64,000 nt of DNA from Macrostomum lignano. Taxonomy: Eukaryota. A model generated the notes under the pieces. That model searched no databases and had not been told where the DNA came from. It saw nothing but the letters and a program-made list of their open reading frames with translations. The DNA lies in the NCBI GenBank assembly GCA_002269645.1, contig NIVC01001713.1:1-64000 (forward strand). The letters run 5' to 3'. A program made the position numbers and the translations under genes. This document shows, in pieces, positions 45,676 through 59,300 of this stretch. Numbering within the stretch: the stretch's first letter is position 1; each line of letters begins with the position of its first letter.

Positions 45676-45966
45676 CTATTTTAACTACTGAATAAGTTCT
45701 GAAACAAGTAGTATGCAGCTATGGTCAAATTCTATAGCAGAAAACTACAGTACATGAAAATAAAAAACGCGGACAAGACATGTTTCTTTCCAACAAACAG
45801 CTAATCGCGCGCTATTCTCAGGTACGCACTCTTCAAATCGTTTACTTTCTCACAGCGAGGTCTCACAACCAGCTCAATGCAAAACTGAAAAAAGTTCAAA
45901 CAGACAATTCTCTCCCGATTCGATAGAAGCGGACAGACTTAGTCTGCTCAACCGGCAGCTGCCTTC

Positions 45967-46122
45967 TTACAACCTCAGCTTGGTGCGGCGCCAGTGACGC
46001 CTTTTCGCGTTGTACCTGACCGTGTTTCCTGTGCGCATGCGGACCCACTGCGGCACAGGCCTGTTCACCTTCTGCTTGCGGGCCAGCTTCATCTTCATGC
46101 GGAACGTCTTGTGGGACGGCAT
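45967..46122 (-). CDS. RPL39: 60S ribosomal protein eL39, intronless, 51 aa (missed by the ORF track)
   Basis: [51 protein letters not shown]; acceptor TTCCAG 5 nt before the ATG. Confidence 0.97.
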   Translation of the reverse strand: MPSHKTFRMKMKLARKQKVNRPVPQWVRMRTGNTVRYNAKRRHWRRTKLRL

Positions 46123-46288
46123 GACGGCTGGAATTCATTTATAAGTAATTTGAGCAACTGGAGTACAAATGGAGCTGGGGAGAACAACGGGCGTTGAGTG
46201 ATATTTAAAGGAATTTATCAAATAGATAACAATGAACAACTCGGTAGTCTCTCGCTAGTAATTTAGCTGCTTATCTACCTATTAGTTG

Positions 46289-49722
<3,434 letters not shown>

Positions 49723-50239
49723 CACACTTTAAATTATCAAAGCTATAAACAACAAAGTCGGATAGCAGTTTGATAACAGTACAATGGCATACTATTAAAG
49801 CGGCAATCTAAAAAGTAAAACGGATCATGTTAGAGCTAATGAAGGCTTCAATCTTTGGCAATAGAAAAAACACAATTGAGAACCAATGGTGAGAATATTG
49901 ATTACTGTTCGAAATGTTAATTTGTTTTCTTTTAAAATTGGAACAACCTTACTAATGACACACTGTAAAAGCGTAATTTTACTCCAATACTGCAGAAAAT
50001 TATTCAGCAAAAATGTTCACTGGAATAGTATAACGTCGTCACAATGGCAGAAAAACAGGACATGGCAAAAGTTAAAAACTTCGAACTTCGATACGAGAGA
50101 GGAAGTATAGTTACAGAGTGATTATTCAAAAATCTAGAATATAAAAAATAAACTAAAAAACAGGTTTTAAAACAAAATGGCAGATTATTGAGCTTGAAAT
50201 TCGCAGTCAGTCAGCATGGCAAATATCAAATAGCATCAT

Positions 50240-50515
50240 TCATTCTTTAACTGTGACGCCAACCGCCGCCAGACTGCTGCTATCGCACCGGTCGAGCACG
50301 CTGCAAACAAACTGACCTGTGCGGTCTCGCAGTTCGGTTTCCATAGCAACCACCCCGCCTACATAGGGGTGCTCCAGTAACTGGGGAAGTCGCCAACGAT
50401 CATTCGCCTTCTTGGCCAAACAGCAGGATAAAAAGTCGTTCAGCTCCTGTGGGAACCGGCCGGCTGCGGCCTCGGCCGAAAGCGACGGTGGCGGGCCTTC
50501 GGTCAGGTGCTGCAC
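50240..50515 (-). CDS. MAP2K3/6: MAP kinase kinase (MKK3/6-like), exon 3
   Basis: VQHLTEGPPPSL..F..EL.DFLSCCLAKKANDRW..PQLLEHPYV; acceptor CGCAG, phase 0. Confidence 0.88.
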   Translation of the reverse strand: MQHLTEGPPPSLSAEAAAGRFPQELNDFLSCCLAKKANDRWRLPQLLEHPYVGGVVAMETELRDRTGQFVCSVLDRCDSSSLAAVGVTVKE

Positions 50516-50597
50516 CTGCGCAGTGGAAGGGGGGCGGTAGAGCTAGCGAATGCCTGCCGACTGATCTCACAGTTAGTAGCGTATGCAGCTTCCTCCG

Positions 50598-51118
50598 TGG
50601 GTGTCATACTGGTTCATCAGTGGGTGTCATACTGGTTCATCAGTGGGTGTCATACTGGTTCATCAGTGGGTGTCATACTGGTTCATCAGTGGGTGTCATA
50701 CTGGTTCATCAGTGGGTGTCATACTGGTTCATCAGTGGGTGTCATACTGGTTCATCAGTGGGTGTCATACTGGTTCATCAGTGGGTGTCATACTGGTTCA
50801 TCAGTGGGTGTCATACTGGTTCATCAGTGGGTGTCATACTGCTCATCAGTGGGTGTCATACTGGTTCATCAGTGGGTGTCATACTGGCTCATCAGTGGGT
50901 GTCATACTGCTCATCAGTGGGTGTCATACTGGTTCATCAGTGGGTGTCATACTGCTCATCAGTGGGTGTCATACTGCTCATCAGTGGGTGTCATACTGGT
51001 TCATCAGTGGGTGTCATACTGGTTCATCAGTTGGTGTCATACTGCTCATCAGTGGGTGTCATACTGCTCATCAGTGGGTGTCATACTGCTCATCAGTGGG
51101 TGTCATACTGCTCATCAG
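50598..51118 (+). repeat. 22-23-bp intronic minisatellite GGGTGTCATACTG(GT/C)TCATCAGT
   Basis: Read directly. Confidence 0.97.
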
Positions 51119-51142
51119 TCACAAGCAAACTAAGCAAGCTAC

Positions 51143-51431
51143 CTGATGAAACGGATTCTTCCACGAGCCGTAGGGATGGGCGCCGGACGCCAGCTCCAGC
51201 AAGCTGATGCCCAGAGACCACACGTCCGAGGCGGTGGTGAAGCCGGGCTCATCGCCGGCACCAAGGCCTCCTCCGGTTGCCATGGAGATAGAAACTCTCT
51301 CCGGGGCAACGTACAGTTGACAGCCAACGTTTGACTTGGCGATGCTATTTTTAAGAATGCCAGCAACGCCAAAGTCGCAGAGTTTCACCCGGCCAGACCG
51401 ATTAATAAGCATGTTGCTGGGCTTGATGTCT
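51143..51431 (-). CDS. MAP2K3/6: MAP2K exon 2
   Basis: (R)DIKPSNMLIN..G.VKLCDFG, activation loop SIAKS, APER, SDVWSLGISLLELA.G.HPY; HRD is split by a phase-2 intron. Confidence 0.93.
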
Positions 51432-51599
51432 CTGGAATTGCGTTGCCATTGCGAATCCGTCTAACTGGTAAGACTTCTTCAACAGTGGGGACAGCTAAAA
51501 AGGGTCGATTCCGGTTGGGGAGCTTAGGTGCAAACGGGGGCCTTCACAAGACCGAAATTTCACATTGTAGAAAACTTAATACAACAAGGACTATGCATA

Positions 51600-52188
51600 A
51601 GGCAGGTGTCTTTCGGCGTTGTATGAAATTTCGGTCTTGTGAAGGCAGGTGTCTTTCGGTGTTGTGAAATTTGGTCTTTTGAAGGCAGGTGTCTTTTGGC
51701 GTTGTGTGAAATTCGGTCTTGTGAAGGCAGGTGTCTTTCGGTGTTGTGAAATTTGGTCTTTTGAAGGCAGGTGTCTTTTGGCGTTGTGTGAAATTCGGTC
51801 TTGTGAAGGCAGGTGTCTTTCGGTGTTGTGAAATTTGGTCTTGTGAAGGCAGGTGTCCTTCGGCGTTGTGTGAAATTTCGGTCTTGTGAAGGCAGGTGTC
51901 TTTCGGTGTTGTGTGAAATTTCGGTCTTGTGAAGGCAGGTGTCTTTCGGTGTTGTGTGAAATTTCGGTCTTGTGAAGGCAGGTGTCTTTCGGTGTTGTGT
52001 GAAATTTCGGTCTTGTGAAGGCAGGTGTCTTTTGGTGTTGTGTGAAATTTGGTCTTGTGAAGGCAGGTGTCCTTCGGTGTTGTGAAATTTGGTCTTTTGA
52101 AGGCAGGTGTCCTTCGGTGTTGTGAAATTTGGTCTTTTGAAGGCAGGTGTCCTTCGGTGTTGTGAAATTTGGTCTTTTGAAGGCAGGA
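51600..52188 (+). repeat. 41-43-bp intronic minisatellite (GAAGGCAGGTGTCTTTCGGTGTTGTG..AAATTT..GTCTTGT)
   Basis: Read directly. Confidence 0.97.
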
Positions 52189-52300
52189 ACCACATGGGTC
52201 AACCCTAAAGGCCCAGAGACTGCACATGCCCGACGATTGGAAAGTCCGGGCCGCAACTAGCTAACTAACATACAGCGGCTTATTGAACTTTCACGCGCAC

Positions 52301-52869
52301 CTATGCATGACCTCAATGCTGCGTATGTAACTCAGAGCCTTCAGAACCGAATAGGCAATGTATTGCAGCACGGGGTTAGTGATTGGCATGTTCACAGCCG
52401 AGCTGTACGCTGCCAAGTAGAACTGCCTAAGCGAGGCGTCCATCAGCTCCATCAGAATATGTATGTCGCCGTCGTGAAACATTGCCCCATAGAAGTACAC
52501 AACAAACGGGCACTCGACAGTGCGCTTGAGGACGCTAATCTCGCGCTGCTGCAGCTCGTGCTCCTGCTGATCAAAGGACAGCCGGATTCGCTTCCGAGCA
52601 AACAGGCAGCCAGAGTCGCGGTGAATCACGCGGTCGACAACGCCGAATCGTCCGCTACCGAGCTCGTCCAGACTGTCAAAGTCGGTGGCTCGAGCCGTCA
52701 TTGTGACGCCATCGACGCTAAATGCGGCAACATCGGCCAGACTCTGCGACTGGCTAATAGTGTCAGTCAGTTTTGCGGCCCTAGTGGCGGCCTCAATGGC
52801 CTCAGCGAAGTTTAATGGCAAGGCCAACTTTACGCCGCCAAAACGGCGGGCTGATTTGGCTGGGGAAGC
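52301..52869 (-). CDS. MAP2K3/6: MAP2K exon 1 (begins at a splice acceptor, no in-frame ATG)
   Basis: D-domain-like ARRFGGVKLALPL, LGSGRFGVV, ARKRIR, RTVECPFVVYFYGAMFHDGD..ILMELMDASL (MKK3/6-like). Acceptor CCCAATCTTCTCCAG with an in-frame TAA just upstream. Confidence 0.88.
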
Positions 52870-53579
52870 CTGGAGAAGATTGGGATGATTGCATTACAAT
52901 ACTTTTAATAGCAATGGAAGCACAGTTGAGACAAGGATAAAGTACTACTATATTATAGCTTGTAGCTACAATCCTAGGATTTCGAGATAATGTGGCTGGG
53001 ATGACTATACCTTTACTTATATATCACACATTATTAAACTGAAAAGGATCAATTTTAGATTGTGTAAGACTGGAATCCAAGCCTGCCCTCTGATAACTAG
53101 GCAATATTACTAATCCAGAGCTTTCTAACCAATAAAGATACAAATTCAAAATGTTAGTCTAACATGAACATTTTTAAGGTGTCATAATAATTTTTTAAGT
53201 ATTGTACTAAAAATTTGGCATAGAAAATCCATACATGCAATAACAATGTATTATCAATATTTGACTTATATTAATCTAACTACCAAATATCAACAGGTAT
53301 ACATTCAAAGATTACATACTAGTATGCTACACCTACATTTATATTATATTATAGAATTGTTAGCTAATTTGCAACTAGATATAAAGATAATTCTAATACT
53401 ACTGATATTAGCAAAAAGAAAAGAACTTAGTTGATATTAGATAGATAGTTTTAATTCTTAACTTAGGTTCCATTTGAGTTGATTAGCTAGGCTTTTTTTA
53501 TAATATATAGTTAAACACATATTTAATAAAACAAGCTGAACTTTATGATACTTAGTCATAACATTTATAATAAGGGTAT

Positions 53580-53735
53580 TTAGGGTTTAAGGTTGGGTTG
53601 GGGTTCAGAGTCAGGTTTTGATACTAGGTTTTGGGTTTGGGAGGGGTATTGGGTTGGGTCAGGGTTTGGGATTAGAGCACTGGGTTTGGGGTTTGGGTCA
53701 GTTGGGTTTAGCCACTAGGTTTTTGGGTTTTAGCA
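53580..53735 (+). repeat. G/T-skewed degenerate (T2-4G3)-type tract
   Basis: Many GGG runs separated by TT/TTT, one TTAGGG. Confidence 0.7.
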
Positions 53736-53838
53736 TAATTATTATTTTCAAGTTAGTTTTTAGCCAGTTTTGACACTTTAGGCCTATGCAAAAAAACAAT
53801 ACAAAAATTTTCTATGACCTTTAGAAATATTAAGATAT

Positions 53839-54865
53839 TGTGGCAGTCGAGTGCCACTGATGAACACTTAATCAAGCAATTACGCAAAGTTGCATGCCCA
53901 AGAAACATTAATTTTTTATCCATCCAGTGAATTTCTGGCGCATCTTTTTTCCGTCAAGTGGCCGTCCAGCCACTGTTTTAGTTTCCACTGGGTGCTAAAA
54001 CGCGCTCCCTTGCGGTGGATTTTGTTAAAATTTTTCTCCCTTTTCCTTTGCGGCAAGCCGTCCACCCAAAGTTTCCACGCTTTGAAACTTTGCTCCATCG
54101 GCCTGTCCAATTTAACTTCCAAACGTTGTGCATGCAATTCTCTCTCTTTATTTATAATCTGCGCATGATGAGTGGTTTCTAACCTTTCTCCCCCACCCTT
54201 CCCCTTTTGGTTTTCGACCCCCTATTTTCCTTAATCTAATTTTCGTTTTTTAAGTTTATTTAGCGCACTGGCGCCCGTGAACATCTCAGTCGTCTAAAAA
54301 TCAATATTACTAATCATAAGCCTGCATTATTCTTAATAAACCAAGCCCATAAACCATTATTCCGAATCATATTTAATCTGCTGACATAAGCCATAGCATT
54401 TATTGAGTCATTTGCCCGTGGGGCGTAAAATAACCAAGTTCTCATCTCAAAGAAAGCTCTGAGACTTATCCGTTCCATAATACGTAAATTACGGTGGTGG
54501 CAGCAACTACCCTACTGAAAGTAACCAGTTCAACACATCGACGCATTAATTTACAGAGCCAGAAATCTCCGGTGTTTCATTCCTTTGAACGACCCGAGCC
54601 GCTAAACGACCGCTCTGCTACGATTACGACTACCCTCCCCCCGGACTTGAGAACCCGGCAGTCGGAGAAAAGGAGAAGAAATTCCGTTGTGATTCATCTG
54701 CGCGATTTTTCCGGTTTTATTCGTGCGAACGCAACGCCACCGGTTTCGAAGAATTTCGGCCGACCTTCAACCCAGGAGTTTAAATCTTCTCCACCCCCAC
54801 CTCACTGGTGTCAACAAATTTTCAAAACTCAGAACTTCCAAAAAATTCTTCTCCGCCCCACCTCA
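53839..54865 (+). repeat. 5' LTR (1027 bp)
   Basis: Differs from the 3' LTR by 8 substitutions and one 2-bp indel. Confidence 0.96.
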
Positions 54866-54866
54866 T

Positions 54867-54884
54867 TGGTGGCAGTGGTGGGAT
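54867..54884 (+). promoter_or_regulatory. Primer-binding site for tRNA-Leu
   Basis: TGGTGGCAGTGGTGGGAT, complementary to the tRNA-Leu 3' end ATCCCACCACTGCCA-CCA; 1 nt after the LTR. Confidence 0.9.
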
Positions 54885-54933
54885 AACGAGACGCCAAAAC
54901 CCTTTCAACGAGTCGTTCAAACGCTACACTACT

Positions 54934-56325
54934 ATGGCTTCAACTAATACTAATTCAACGACCGCGGACGCGACAGCCGACGCCGCGGGCCCCGACAACT
55001 CAACGACAAGACCGACCTACGACGAGATGATTCGCGCGGTGACCGAAGAGGTGCGCCGGCGACTGGAGCAGACCAGCCTGGGCCAGCCGCAACACCATCA
55101 TCATGTGTACCAGCAGCCCCAGCAGCAGGATCGAGCTCCAGCGCCGAAACCGGTCAAGATTCAGCGGTATACGCAGAACCAGGAATTCGACGTCTGGATC
55201 CAGGCTCTGGAAAAGCGTTGCGAGCTCAACGGGATCACAGACGACAGATGCAAGAAGGCGGAGGTCCTCGTGAATCTGGACATCGCCACCACCTATCCCG
55301 CAGTCGTCAGGATGGAGCTGCCAGACAATCTAACGTTTGGTGAGTTCAAACAGCGATTGTCTGAACGTTTTACGCATGTTGCCGACACGCTGGAGTACCG
55401 GGAGCAGTTCCGAAGCTGCCAGCAAGGCAAGAACGAGAGCGTTGACGACTATGGCGATCGACTAATTGCTCTGGCCGATAGAGCATTTCCGCATTTTACC
55501 CCGGTTCAGAAGCAGGCTGAACTGGTGGATCAGTTCACAGTGGGAGTGCGGATTGCTCAGTCGGCGAGAGAACAGCTAATCCTGGTGCGACCGCAGAATC
55601 TGACCGCAGCGAGACGGGCCGTGCTACGCTTGGAGACAGCAGCTAGTCTGGCTCAGCGAGTAGCACCGCCGCCAGCAGCGAGACATGTCCGGGTCCTCGA
55701 AGATGACAATGGTCAGACGCCCACTGTGGTGCAACACGACAAGTCATCTCGGCCCGAGGAGAACTGGTTGCGTGAAGTGATGGAACAACAAGCCGAAACT
55801 CTGCAGGAGCAGCGACGCCTACTGGAGACATTGAGTAACGAGATGCGAGAATTCTACTCACGGGGATCGCGCGACAACGACACCCCGGAGCCATTGGAGC
55901 CTCGCCACCAGCCGCGGGACTCGTGGGGCCAACGCTCCAGATGTCTGGTACCCTCGACTCCTCGCCGCAGCGCTGACGGAAGCGCCCAATTTACGACACC
56001 CGGCACGCGAATGGTGCCACAGCAACCGTTCCATCGACTTCAGCAACCGCGAGACGGCAGCAACCCGCCGCCGAGAACGCCGCCAGCAGGAGGTCCACGT
56101 CAGCAGCAGCAGCAGCAGCAGCAGCAGCCGAGTTCAAGGCCGCCGCCTTACCAGTTGCGACGGCAGAATGCCATGTGTTACAGGTGCAATCGCGAGCATC
56201 GTGCCGATGAGTGCCCGCACCGGCGGTCGGCCAGCACCGCGTCCCAGCGCAACGGCAGCTCGGGAAACGGGACGGCTGGACGCGCCATCGGGGGCAGCGC
56301 CATCCAGCAGCCGCGCCAGCACTGA
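54934..56325 (+). CDS. gag: Gag
   Basis: Capsid-like helical region (FRSCQQGKNESVDDYGDRL), Q/P-rich linker, zinc knuckle CYRCNREHRADEC; first ATG after the PBS is at 54934. Confidence 0.9.
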   Translation: MASTNTNSTTADATADAAGPDNSTTRPTYDEMIRAVTEEVRRRLEQTSLGQPQHHHHVYQQPQQQDRAPAPKPVKIQRYTQNQEFDVWIQALEKRCELNGITDDRCKKAEVLVNLDIATTYPAVVRMELPDNLTFGEFKQRLSERFTHVADTLEYREQFRSCQQGKNESVDDYGDRLIALADRAFPHFTPVQKQAELVDQFTVGVRIAQSAREQLILVRPQNLTAARRAVLRLETAASLAQRVAPPPAARHVRVLEDDNGQTPTVVQHDKSSRPEENWLREVMEQQAETLQEQRRLLETLSNEMREFYSRGSRDNDTPEPLEPRHQPRDSWGQRSRCLVPSTPRRSADGSAQFTTPGTRMVPQQPFHRLQQPRDGSNPPPRTPPAGGPRQQQQQQQQQPSSRPPPYQLRRQNAMCYRCNREHRADECPHRRSASTASQRNGSSGNGTAGRAIGGSAIQQPRQH

Positions 56326-59300
56326 AGTCCCCGCCGAGGACTTTAGTCGCTCAGCAGGCCACTGCTGAGACAGCCTCCGCCGCACCTGTACAGAATTCTG
56401 CACCCAAGCGACCTCGGAGAGACCCGTTTTTAACTGGTGAGATTCAAGGCCGCTATTTTGCTTTCTTGCTTGATACCGGGTCCAAGTGTGAAGTCCTAGG
56501 ATTCAGCACCTGGCACCGCCTATGTACTGACGACCCGACCCTGCGTGGCCAAATCAAGCCCTGCCTTCAGCGCATTGTGACCTACAATGGTGAACCAATT
56601 CAGATGGCAGGAGAACTATCCATCAAAGTGAAGATTGGTAATTTTGAGCCTACAGTCAAGTTTCTGCTAGCGAAAGGATCGCATGACAACATTCTGGGCT
56701 TCGAGTTCCTGGAGAAGTACAGCACATCACTGGACCTCGCCGCCGGAATGCTGTTTTTCAAGGACGGCACTGCCGCACCACTGCGCTATACGCGAACCGA
56801 AGCTACTACGTGCAGAATCTACACGGCCGAGAGCACAACCGTGCCGCCGTTATCATCAGCCCGAATTAAAATCAAATTAGCCAAAGGACGAGAAGAAAAC
56901 CAGGGTACAACCGCCGTGATCGAGCCGCTGAAACCGGCTCGTCGCGAAGAAGATGTGCAGCACTTGGACGCCGCGCCTGCCCTGATTTCCATGGCTAATG
57001 GAGAAGGCGCTATCGAAATGATCAACCGTGGCACTACAGCCATCAAAGTGCGAGCGAATGCCCTAGTCGGGATTGCTAGACCAATCAGACTGCCCGAGCT
57101 ACATTTCTTCCCGCTGCTGAAATCAGAAGACTCTGTCAATCAAATCCAAGACGAGGATCCCGATGCTTGGATTAAGGAGATCGATATCAGCGAGGATCTG
57201 TCCAGTGACCAGCGCGCTCAAGTCATCGAGCTATTGAGAAAGTACCAGACCATCTTCTCGCAGGGGCCACACGATCTCGGCCGAACTCATCTGGTCACCC
57301 ACAACATCGTACTGAAGGACAAAGATCCGGTGCATCTCCCAACGCGAAGGATCCCGCCGCACCTGCTACCCAAGGTGGACCAGTTACTCGACGATCTGCT
57401 GGCCAAAGGCGTGATTCGACCGAGCTTCTCCAGCTACAACACCCCGCTGGTGATCATCCCGAAGAAGGACGGCAGCCTAAGAATTGTACAAGATTTCCGG
57501 AGTCTGAATCAAAAGTGCGAGTATTTTCCGTACCCGATTCCTAATATTCAAGAAGCATTCGCCAGCCTCGAAGGAAGCCAGCTATTTAGTACATTCGATT
57601 TGAATAGCGGCTACTATCAGATTCCTCTGCGTCCGGAAGATCAAGACCTGACTGCCTTTGCCACGCTGCACCGCGGACAGTTCGCCTACAATGTTATGCC
57701 AATGGGGTTAAGTTCAGCTCCAGCCAGCTTCATGCGCCTCATGAACGCTGTGCTCAACGGGATTGCCTACAAAAGTGCTATCGCCTACCTGGATGACGTA
57801 ATCGTCTATTCTAAGAAATTTAACGACCACCTACGGCATATGGAAAAAGTATTTAAGAGAGTCCAAGAAGCTAATCTAAAGTTCAAAGGCAAGAAGTGCC
57901 ATTTATTTCGGGCAAGCCTCCACTACCTGGGACACGTAGTAACCAAAGATGGAATCAAGACCGACCCGGCGAAAATCGAAGCTATTCAAACCTGGCCAAG
58001 ACCAAGAACAGCCCGACAGCTTAAGAGTTTTGTCTGCACGTGCGCTTACTATGCTAAATTCGTACCTGGCTACGCAGAACTTGCAGCTCCGCTCCACGAC
58101 CTAATCAAGGAAAAGAAGATTAGAAATTTCAATTGTCTATGGGGAAAAGCCCAGCAAGACGCGTTTGATCAGCTCAAAGCAGCCATGACTTCGACATCAG
58201 TGCTCGCGTATCCGCAGTTCAGCGAGGATCCGGAAGTAATGTTTATCCTGGACACGGATGCTTCTGCGACCAGAATCGGAGCCTGCCTGAGCCAACGCCA
58301 AGCTGATGGAGTAGAGCGACCAATCGGCTATTTCTCCCGGCGACTCAAACCGGCCGAAGCCCGTTATCCGATTACGAAACAGGAACTCTTGGCAGTCGTA
58401 GATGGAATGCGACACTTCAGATTCTACCTGCTGGCCAAGAAGTTCATCTGCCGAACCGATCATGCCGCATTAACCTGGATCCTGAGGCGAACTCAGCAAG
58501 AAGGAATCTTTGGACGATGGCTACAGCGCCTCAGCGAATTCGAGTTCGAGATCCAGCATCGAAAATCAAGTCAGCACCAAAACGCCGACGGCCTCTCAAG
58601 ACGGCCTGAGGACGACGCTGAATGTTTGGAGGAGGCTCAGCGAGAGGCCGCCGTCGAGGACCAAAGTAAGCAGCCAGCCGCGATAACTGGCGCAGCGGCG
58701 CCGAAGGTCCACGACAGCAGCCACCCTAGTCCTCCACCGAGCAAGAAGCGACCGACCCGCCGTCACCGACTAAAGCCGCCGACGAAATCAACTGAGTCCA
58801 ACGGCGAGACTACGCCGCCCGCAACACCGACAGCCGACAGCAAGCCGCTGACAGAGCTGCATCCGCCGGCGACGAAGTCGAGGCCATCTGCCAGTCGTTA
58901 TTGGGACTCACAGAGGTCGCCCACCAGTTTTAGCAGCACGACATGTTGCCCGTCAAGGGGCCGCCGGCTACTAGCTGAAGGCGACGAGGATAGCGACCAC
59001 AGCGCAGCCAACGAAGACCGCTGCCAACCCGCTCGCCGTCCTGTGTTCAAGAAGGTGAGATTCAGCCTTGATACCGACAGTTCCGCTGACTCACTCTCAT
59101 CTGCTGACGAATCTAATGCTGACGAAGCCGACGCTGACATGACCGACGAGGATCGGCCCTCAAATTCTTCATCGACCCGGCAACCGGCCAGAGTAGCGAT
59201 TATGCGGAGGGAGCTCCAGACCCCGAACCATGCCGCCACAGCCGAAGCCGCGCCGACTAATTTGACTAACAGACGCCAAACTTTGAACTTAACTGATCAC

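Noticed and set aside
50449-52256. Several 190-250-aa ORFs within the MAP2K locus
   Set aside because: Intronic minisatellite translations; the exons splice in frame without them.
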